A stretch of 60,850 bases of DNA, counting the filler, from Dugesia japonica (Eukaryota): assembly GCA_001938525.1 (NCBI GenBank). It is 5 parts of 5 records of this genome, joined end to end, with 100 filler letters (N's around TTAATTAATTAA, not from the genome) between each part and the next. Parts side by side here need not be neighbours in the genome. Positions count along the whole stretch, not along the records: positions 51,854 to 60,850 come from MQRL01179267.1; 4 more parts are not named here. The stretch is one strand, 5' to 3'. The notes under the pieces were generated by a model, which did not search any database, was not told the DNA's origin, and worked only from the letters and a program-made list of their open reading frames with translations. Within the stretch, counting starts at the first letter, position 1. Every line of letters begins with the position of its first letter. Shown one piece after another: positions 52,479-60,850 of this stretch. A program made the position numbers and the translations under genes.

Positions 52479-52855
52479 TGATTATATTGTTTTTTCCATG
52501 TTTCTGCTGTTAATATTATATTTAGCATCGTTGATATTACACATAGATCATTTATTGTTTCTACATCTGGTAAACCTAATGTTAATCTCATTGATTTAAA
52601 CAAACTTGGAATGACGTTATTTTCTAATGTTATTTTATCTTTCGATGTTTCTGGAATTATAATCTCAATTATAAAGTATAACATTGAATTACAAATGTCA
52701 AGTGGATTTGTCGATTGAAGTGATTAAAAAACTATGTCACCTGATGCATTTAAATTAATTATTGAACCTGATGATGGTGAAATTTTAAGTGTATCATTTT
52801 TTATTGGTGTATGTTGAAATTGAATATTACTGTCTAAATCTAACTTTGTCTCCAT
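52475..52855 (-). pseudogene. Polinton/Maverick (adintovirus-like) major capsid protein N-terminal fragment
   Basis: METKLDL..ISPSSGSIINLNASGDIVF*SLQSTNPLDICNSMLYF..ITLENNVIPSLFKSMRLTLGLPDVETINDLCVISTMLNII matches my recollection of the Polinton double-jelly-roll MCP N-terminus; one in-frame TAA at 52724-52726; intronless. Confidence 0.65.
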
Positions 52856-53242
52856 TTTATTAAAGTTAAAAATTAACCACTTCATTAAATTTTTCACCTA
52901 ACTTGAATGTGTAGCAATATAGTGTCACCAATATTATAAAAATAATAAATGATAAAAATAAAATAATATTTTTTTGTCGTTTAACATTTGAGTTTAATCT
53001 TTCATTAATATTTAAAAAACTTGTTAACACTTTTCTTCCAGCTACATTAGTATTTTTTTTCTTTTTGGTGGAGTGACATTTCTTTTTTCTAGATTTATCA
53101 TTTCATTTCTTTTTTCTGTTAAAGTCATTTTTGTTTTCTCTTCATGAATTTATTCAAAGTTTTTTGTTTTAACATTAAAAAAATAATTTCCATATTGATC
53201 ATTTATAAAAGTATTTGTTTTTTCATTATAATAATATTTTAG

Positions 53243-53494
53243 TCAATGATATTTTTTTCTTTCAGGTTTTACATTTAAATCTCTTAATGCTTTATTTAAA
53301 GCAACAGTTGATATCCCAAGTTCATTTGCTATAATGTGATCTTTTATATTTGGATTTTTAGATTTATTTTCTTTATATCTTGCAAGTATACAAATCTTTT
53401 GAGATTTCAAAAATAAATTAGAATCAAACTCATTTGCACATTTTATATTTTTTTCAGCATTTTTAAATGTCGACTTTTCAAATTCTAGAGCAAT
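53243..53494 (-). pseudogene. Helix-turn-helix protein, Polinton accessory type (ATG not present)
   Basis: FDSNLFLKSQKICILARYKENKSKNPNIKDHIIANELGISTVALNKALRDLNV; same strand as and upstream of the MCP-like ORF. Confidence 0.6.
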
Positions 53495-54147
53495 TTTCTA
53501 CTATTAAATATAAATCCCTAGTTTATTTACTAATTTTTAGCAACTTTTTAGCACTTTGTTAGCACTTTGTTAGCAAACTTTTAATTGATTCCAACAGTCA
53601 ATTATCTTTTCAATTATCTACTACCATTATTAAAATCATTTTAAATAGAAAATATTCTCTTGACATTTTTTTTTGATTAATAATTTTGAAATAAAATAAA
53701 AAATATTCGCAATTTTAAAATTTAAAATAATTTAAATATTTTTAATTTTTTATAATTTTTTTTATTATTTGAAAATTTTTTCTTGAATTGAATATTTAAA
53801 TTTTGAAATATTGAAAATGAATTTGATAAAATTGTAAATAAAATATTTTTTTATAATTGATTTTTTTGAAAGAATTATTTTCTAATTTAAACGAAGAAAG
53901 AAGTTTGGAAGATAAATTCAAATTCTAAATTTAAAACATTTTTAATATATTAAAAATAATTATTAGGTCTACAAATAAAAAATCCAAATTGTTATTATAT
54001 TATATAATTAATTGAATTGTTTAACTATTCCGTTTTACCATTAATTTTCAAATTAAACATTAATATAGCATTTAGTTTAAAAAGAATCAAGCAGAAACGT
54101 TATCAAATTTGAGTTCAACCGTAACCTGCTTGGGAACAGAAAAGGTT

Positions 54148-54330
54148 AGTAGGTAGATAGTAGCGCATAATACCATACCCCTGTGCTCAGTCACTTTTGG
54201 ATGATTGTATAGTGTACTATTTTTTATTGGTTTTCATTCGCAATATATCATTTCTGATAGGTTGATTACAAATTTTGACTAGTATACTATTTTTTCACTG
54301 ACTGCAAATTTCTTGTGACTTCATGTTTCT
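54148..54330 (+). mobile_element. AGTAG-family terminus
   Basis: AGTAGGTAGATAGTAGCGCA..CCCC followed by AGTGTACT/AGTATACT..ATTGG repeats. Confidence 0.6.
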
Positions 54331-54439
54331 GATTTGTACTTTTTCAATTCCTCCACAACTCGTTTCAGTTCTACTTTCGTTTTATTAACTTCTTGTTCAT
54401 GATTAGCGCGTTCATTTCTCGAATATTATAGAACTATTA

Positions 54440-54735
54440 TAGAACTTTCGCTACTATAGAACTTCAAATGAAGATCTCTTAATAGCGACTATTTGGCATT
54501 GATGGGAAGTTCAATATTGGAAATGTATTTATCCGCAGTAAAATTATTCTTGAGCAACATATTTCTGACTGATCTTCATACACGCTCTGCTAAACCGTAA
54601 GGTGATATCAATTCGAAATTTGTTAAAATTAATATTTACTAATATTGTCATTAACTCGTAAGAATTCTGATTCATTTTACCGAAGTTACTTATCACTTTC
54701 TAAATTTGAATTGCGATATTTTCCTTCTATTTATT
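54440..54735 (-). mobile_element. Retroviral-type integrase fragment (probably Gypsy-like)
   Basis: GLAERV*RSVRNMLLK..INA..SSFEVL resembles NGLAER..SPFE. Confidence 0.4.
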
Positions 54736-56433
54736 TTTCANNNNNNNNNNNNNNNNNNNNNNNNNNNNNNNNNNNNNNNNNNNNNNNNNNNNNNNNNNNN
54801 NNNNNNNNNNNNNNNNNNNNNNNNNNNNNNNNNNNNNNNNNNNNNNNNNNNNNNNNNNNNNNNNNNNNNNNNNNNNNNNNNNNNNNNNNNNNNNNNNNNN
54901 NNNNNNNNNTAATAGATAAGAAAATATTTAAAATATAAAAATATTTTTAAAAATATAAATTACAAAATACTGTTTAGTTTTTATAATAGAAAGTAATGAA
55001 TTTTCTAAATATAATTGCATAAACATAAACTTTGATGTTGCATGATTGAAAATTTTAAAATATATTTATTAAACTGTTATTTAAAAATTATGAACTTATA
55101 AAATATTCAAGATGATGTCAAAATGTTCGAAGAAGATGAAATACTGATCACAAAAGGTGATAAATCAGTCGATATATTTGATAAATACATTCTGCATGCT
55201 ACTCTGTCAATATTAACATTTCTAGCTAAATCAATAATAATAAATTTAGCAGAGAAGTGGGATATTAAAATTTGAAGGATGAAACTAATTAATTATGAAA
55301 TGGTTATTCAAATTGAAATAATTTATTACACACTTAGTAATCGTTACCTAGTAACAGTTAAAATAAATAAATAAATGGTAACATTAGTATTATTTGAAAA
55401 AAATGGTAAAACTAGGATTAAAACAAAATTTTTTATTGTTAATAAATAAAATATTGTTATAAAATAAAAATAAATATTGAGAACTAATTTATTGGTTAAT
55501 CATAAATCACATTAAATTACGAAATATTTCTAATAAATTTAATAAATAGAAAATTCAGTTTTCATAAAAATAAACAATATAAATAATCTAATTTAAATGT
55601 GTTCAAATTAAATTTATTAAATTTGCTTTCTGTAAAAAATAATTTATTGATATTTATTTACATAACATTGATCTTAATCAAATATATGACATCATCATAG
55701 ATAATATTACGCAAACATACTTTCAGACTGGCATTTTGGATTGGTAGATTTTTGAATAACTCGATCGATTTTGTCTATGAAATAATTGTGTTTACTGAGA
55801 GCTAAATCAAATAATACTTCAGTTGAAATTATACAGAAAATACCAATATTTTGGTAATAACAATTGTAATTATAAGTAGAAATAAAATAATTCATATTAC
55901 CCCTTATTATTATTATTATTATTGATATTATCATTTTGAATTTATTTTAGAAATTTAAATTTTGGAGTTATTCTCGCTAAATTTAATTATTTTAAAACAT
56001 GTCATTCATCAAATTCACTAATTCATCCGAATTATTTTATATTTTACATTAATTATATGGCTGACAAATTAAAAGTAGTATTTTATTTAAAACTATTNTA
56101 ATGCTCGACTAAATTAAAATTTATCTTTATATATTTTGAAATACTTTTTCTATAGATGAATCTTTAAAGATTTGAATTTCTCTATGAAATCTCAATATTC
56201 ATACATTTTTACTGATGATAGAAATACTTTATTGAGTTGCCCATTCTACATTATTATTTATAAAATAGTGAAGCAAAACCAAACTTTATCTGATCTTCTT
56301 TTAGTTTAAAATTTATTTCTTTAATTACATATTTTAATGAAGAGAATTGCTAAAGGTTAGATTTTGATATTTAATAAGTACATCTGTTTGTCCTACAAAG
56401 TCAGTAATACTTGTTATTTATAATAATAATTTT

Positions 56434-56830
56434 TGGGTCCCACCTGAGTTTGGATGGAGAACATGGCTGAGGAAAAACAGCCCTCAGGGGACCCTTTCAA
56501 GAATTTATCTAAAGTCCCTAATTAGATTATCAGTATAGAGCGGCTGTCTTGACGATCATCTGTGGTTCTAAAGGCATTCGTTTCCTTAATTCCAGGATAT
56601 CACTGACAAGTTTATTTTCTTGGTCATGGAGGCAAAAGATTCAATTTGGCTTTTCCAAAGCCGTTTTTTAGCATAAGAGGTTTCGGCTTCTTTACGAAAC
56701 GCTATACATTTGGCTTTATACCGTTTCACCTTGTTCTTTGTCGTGGCGGTGTCAGCCTGCCAGCGACGTTTAGCAATCATTTATCAGAAGGATGATAATT
56801 AGAATTCCAACGTAGAGAGCCACAGCAAAT
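56434..56830 (-). mobile_element. Second copy of the structured-end, microsatellite-adjacent element
   Basis: GGGTCCCACCTGAG..GGCTGAGGAAAAACAGCCCTCAGGGGACCC next to (TAA)n; paralog at 40284. Confidence 0.45.
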
Positions 56831-58265
56831 GAATTATTGAATCATGAATTCATGAGAAACATGTCAATAAAATACCAATAAATGATCAATGTGTATAAAC
56901 AAATTATATCAATTATCTTTTCATATATTTCATCATAAAATTTTATTGGCAACGAGAATATTTGAAATTATTTTATACAATTAATTTGATTGATCATTTC
57001 AAATAATAGATTTTATATTAGTTTTGAAATTTTTTGATTTACTTTATTTTATTAATTTTATTTTGTTTTATTTCATTAAAATTAAACATAAACCAATTTC
57101 TGTTGATTACAATAGTTTTATTTGGCAATTTATTAACTGTTCAAATTCTATACTATTTAATTCGGATAATTTTCGATAATTAATTTAATTTGTTATTAAT
57201 TATTACGATTGAATATTGACGAGTTCTGATTGGTTCATCAACTGAATTAGAATTTTCACAGATTATGTTTATTTCTTATCGAATCTAACAATAATTTTGA
57301 TATTTATTTCATGGGTTTAAATGTTGTTTTTTAGTTTGTAAAAATGTAAAAATTATTTTTGTAAATTCCCCCTTTTTAATAAAAATGATATTTAATTATC
57401 TGAAATTGAATTGAATAAATAAGTGTAAATGTATCATCAGTCACAATCATATCTATCAAAATAACTTCACAGAATATATCTGAATAATATTGAGAATCAT
57501 TCTACATCTAACTAAACAAAATTAAAAAATAATTGAAAAAGAATATTTGTAAAAGCATGATTTTGTGTTTCTAAATAAAAAAGAGAAAAATGAGATGCAG
57601 TAATTTAAAAAGTATAAAGAATTAACTAAGATGTATAAAGCAGACACGGACAAAGTGTGACTACAATTTTTTGTGGCTCAACTAAAATTTTTAAATTAAA
57701 CTTATCATTGGTTGATTTTTTATGCACGCAAAATAAATTTATTTTCTTTTTTTCCTTTCAGAAAATTAAATGCATAAATTTTGTTCCTCTTATTTAATAA
57801 TAATATACAAGTTTTTTTTTCATTTAATAAATTCAACAAATGCATCAACCACATTTTTCATTGATATTTTATTACAANNNNNNNNNNNNNNNNNNNNNNN
57901 NNNNNNNNNNNNNNNNNNNNNNNNNNNNNNNNNNNNNNNNNNNNNNNNNNNNNNNNNNNNNNNNNNNNNNNNNNNNNNNNNNNNNNNNNNNNNNNNNNNN
58001 NNNNNNNNNNNNNNNNNNNNNNNNNNNNNNNNNNNNNNNNNNNNNNNNNNNGTTTTTAAAAAATTAAGGCCAGGGGGCCAAAGAGGGGAAGTAATAAAGT
58101 AAAGCAGGGGAGCCAAAAAAGTGATTAGGAATAACTATCAATTGGTTAAAAATTATGTTTATATTAATAGAAATATAAAGAAAAGTCAAAAGGAAGAAAA
58201 AGAACATCAGACAGATGAAATATCAACTCTAATAAATGCTATTAATTAAAAGAAAATAAATCATT

Positions 58266-58330
58266 AGTAGGGACATAGTGGCGCACTACACCAAACTCCA
58301 CCCCCCCCGGGGGCTGAGGAGGGGGTAGGA
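58266..58330 (+). mobile_element. AGTAG-family terminus with GC-rich hairpin
   Basis: AGTAGGGACATAGTGGCGCACT..CCCCCCCCGGGGGCTGAGGAGGGGG. Confidence 0.6.
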
Positions 58331-58526
58331 TTTTTATTCTGGTGAAAAATATTATATTTCAAAAATTTTAGAATATAAATTTTTTAATAGTTTTATAAAA
58401 TTCCTAGCTATTTTTAAATTTTAAAAATTTTCAGATTTTTAATTTATTTTTCGAATTTTTTAATGATTTTGAAGCTTTTAAATTAACTTAAAAAATTTTA
58501 TTTTTAAAATAGAGAAGAAAATATTT

Positions 58527-59073
58527 ATGGATATTCAAACTGCTTTTATTAAAAAAATAGAAAGCAATGGTAAGTTTTTCTTAGCAAATGAAATTTCTGT
58601 GTCAGATGAATTGACAGTTATTGAATGTTTCATTACATTCAAAAACAATTTGTCAAGTAAATCTGCCATGAAATTTTAACAAGTAGAATCTATAAAAGGT
58701 AATATTTATTTAAATTTTAATATATGATTAAATGATATTTATTTTAGGTATTCCATATAGAGATGTTAATAATGAAGTCGATAAATTAAGCAAGGTTATT
58801 GGTAGTGCAAGAAATGGTATAAAAATTAAAATATGATACCGCAAAAGAATGGAAGATTCAACATTTTGGGCAAGTGTTTTAGAAAGTAGTTCAATAGTTG
58901 ATGGAATGGATCTTGTNNNNNNNNNNNNNNNNNNNNNNNNNNNNNNNNNNNNNNNNNNNNNNNNNNNNNNNNNNNNNNNNNNNNNNGGAAAGCCTACAAC
59001 TGCCAAATTTAATCGGAATTGGAAGATACCATTTTTTAATTGGGAAGATGGGAAAACAAAGTTTTTTATATGA
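58527..59073 (+). pseudogene. Unknown spliced ORF with two in-frame stops
   Basis: MDIQTAFIKK..F*QVESIKG, a ~49-nt GT-AG intron, then IPYRDVNNEV..I*YRKRMEDSTFW..WKIPFFNWEDG; frame preserved across the intron. Confidence 0.4.
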
Positions 59074-59404
59074 AGAAGTGGTAATAATTATATTTTAATA
59101 TATAGTAGTTTTATAATATTTTTTTTTAAGTATAGGCAAATCAAATTTTACTTTAAGTCATTTTAAATGTCCTCTAGAAACAAATGTGCACTAGAAACAA
59201 TATTAAATTAATAATTAGTTTTAAAGTCAAGTCAGTTAAATATCAGTGACCAAGGTCTATAAAACTAATTTATGGTGGAGTTAAATCAATTAACACAATG
59301 AATTAAATAATTAAATAAAAAATACATGGTTTGGAGTAAAAATATTTTATTAGTAATACCAAGAAAAACATAAACATCGAACACAATATTTATGAAGGAA
59401 GTAT

Positions 59405-59806
59405 CTAATCCATGGGTAACTCGACGTTTTCATCATTACCACCGCTCGAAGTATTCCGGATGCTCCAGAGTTTATCACTGAATATACCTTCTAACCATAT
59501 TGGAGTTTGAACAGGTTCAAGAGGAGGAGGTGTGTTTTCCCTCCAAGTCCGTTCATAAACCGTTATACCATTCACGTAGTCCTTGGATATCAACCGAAAA
59601 GCAAAAGTGACAGGACTGCGATCAGGGTCAGTCCAGTGGTATTACGCCTGTCTATCGTCCATAAGCCTTTCTTTATAAGTAAACCTAGCGGACAAGTTTA
59701 ACCGCTCTACTAAAACCCCGGCATCACGGTTATAAGGGTTTAAATATTTTTTGAATATCATCCGTCCACTGGCCCTGTCTTGAATAACTTTCGATTTATA
59801 TTCCAT
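59405..59806 (-). pseudogene. Unknown GC-richer ORF (133 codons, one in-frame TAA at 59642-59644)
   Basis: MEYKSKVIQDRASGRMIFKK..QA*YHWTDPDRSPVTFAFRLISKDY..TPPPLEP; composition differs from flanks. Confidence 0.4.
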
Positions 59807-60149
59807 TACCTGTAGTAATAATTGGTTATCTAGATTGACAAAGAAACAATTTGATAATAAATGGAAAATGAAGAAAAAATGAATTAATTACAATGCCGAA
59901 CACATTTATTATTGAAAAATCAAAAGAAATCAGAGTTTCAGGTCTAGATTAATTTGGTTGAAGTAAGACCTCTGTAAAACAAATGAGATCCGTCTCATCT
60001 GGGTGTAAAACCAATGTGAAGGCTAAAAGGTACCTTAGTAAAGAATGGTACCTTAGTATCAAGTGGAACATTAGAAAAAAAACGCTAAAAAAATTTATAT
60101 TCAGAAAATATAAAAAGTATTAAAAATTTTTATTCAAAAAATTCTACTT

Positions 60150-60850
60150 CCTCTTCACTAGCAAAGCTTTCTTCATCAAGAAATATATCAATAAGCTGAT
60201 CATGAATATCATTATCGTCATTTTCTTCTACATCTTTATCTTCCAACAGTTTCTCAACTATTGGCTCAGTAATATAGGGAACTTGCTTCATATTTCCAGA
60301 CTTTGTGTATTATTGATATCCTTTTACCATCCAATTCTCCCAATGACGTCAGAGATGAGTTCTAAATGATTTATTTACACTTATATCTAGAACTTGTAAT
60401 TCTTTTGTTAAACCACTTGGAATCCTACCAATCAGTGTCCCAGCTGCAGTAAATTTAGATTTGACTTCATCAGTGCAATGATAGGTGATTTTCTATTGAA
60501 AAACGCCATTTTTCTTTTAATCCAAACTTTTTCATGCCGCAGCAGAGTTTCCGTTTAAGTCATTTGAGATTTTCATTAGCTGATACGATTAAATTTGATG
60601 AAAAGGAACCTGATGGAATTGTTTATCATCGAAAAATCACATAAGCTGGTAATTTGCAATCATTTGCTGTTACACAAAAAGCAACAGTGAACCGATTTTT
60701 TTCAGCTCCAGTTNTTGTGATGCGAATGTCAGATGATCCTACTTGATCAATTGTAAACTTTGAAGGCATGTCAAATGTAACAGGTACTTCATCCATATTG
60801 CCAATATGTTGAAGCGAGTAATTATTTTTGTGCTGTGTAATGAAATTAAC
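60150..60850 (-). mobile_element. Pogo-family (DDE_1) transposase remnant, runs off the window end
   Basis: IGNMDEVPVTFDMP, TGAEKNRFTV..KLPAYVIF, IPSGLTKELQVLDISVNKSF. Confidence 0.9.

Noticed and set aside
52724-52726. Single in-frame stops in several otherwise open frames (3253, 52724, 59642) suggesting stop-codon reassignment
   Set aside because: Intact host genes (kinase, UBL, CAP) end in TAA and have no internal stops; the stops occur only in decayed elements
52768-52785. CTGATGATGGTGAAA and CTGATGATAGAAA (56212)
   Set aside because: No stem II between the core halves; the first is antisense to the capsid-like ORF
54440-54735. Integrase fragment as the Polinton integrase belonging to the capsid-like ORF
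   Set aside because: Motifs look more Gypsy-like, and a separate terminus at 54148 intervenes
1-60850. tRNA, rRNA, CRISPR arrays, prokaryotic operons
   Set aside because: None recognisable; spliceosomal introns and eukaryotic transposons dominate

Overview
AT-rich eukaryotic (animal-like) draft scaffold with many N gaps. Four gaps carry an artificial TTAATTAATTAA linker, so contiguity across them is unproven. Host genes are few and have very short GT-AG introns (about 42-81 nt): a five-exon ubiquitin-like (UBL) domain-pseudokinase gene (4863-6119, -), a neighbouring tandem-UBL gene, a secreted two-thioredoxin-domain (WCPHC x2) PDI-like gene, and the C-terminal exons of a CAP/SCP (GAPR-1-like) gene. 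Most of the rest is decayed mobile DNA: Penelope-like retroelements, several Gypsy fragments, two hAT, two mariner, Tc1, pogo and MULE remnants. Highlights are (i) four minimal hammerhead-ribozyme motifs, one with an intact core inside a 156-bp palindrome; (ii) a Polinton/Maverick (adintovirus-like) remnant with a major-capsid-like N-terminus and an HTH ORF, plus about 11 dispersed AGTAG...TAGTGGCGCAC termini, several followed by CCAAT/TCAAGGTCA arrays; and (iii) the UBL-pseudokinase/UBL cluster. All protein-family calls come from motif recognition by eye; no database searches were run. Boundaries of decayed elements are approximate.
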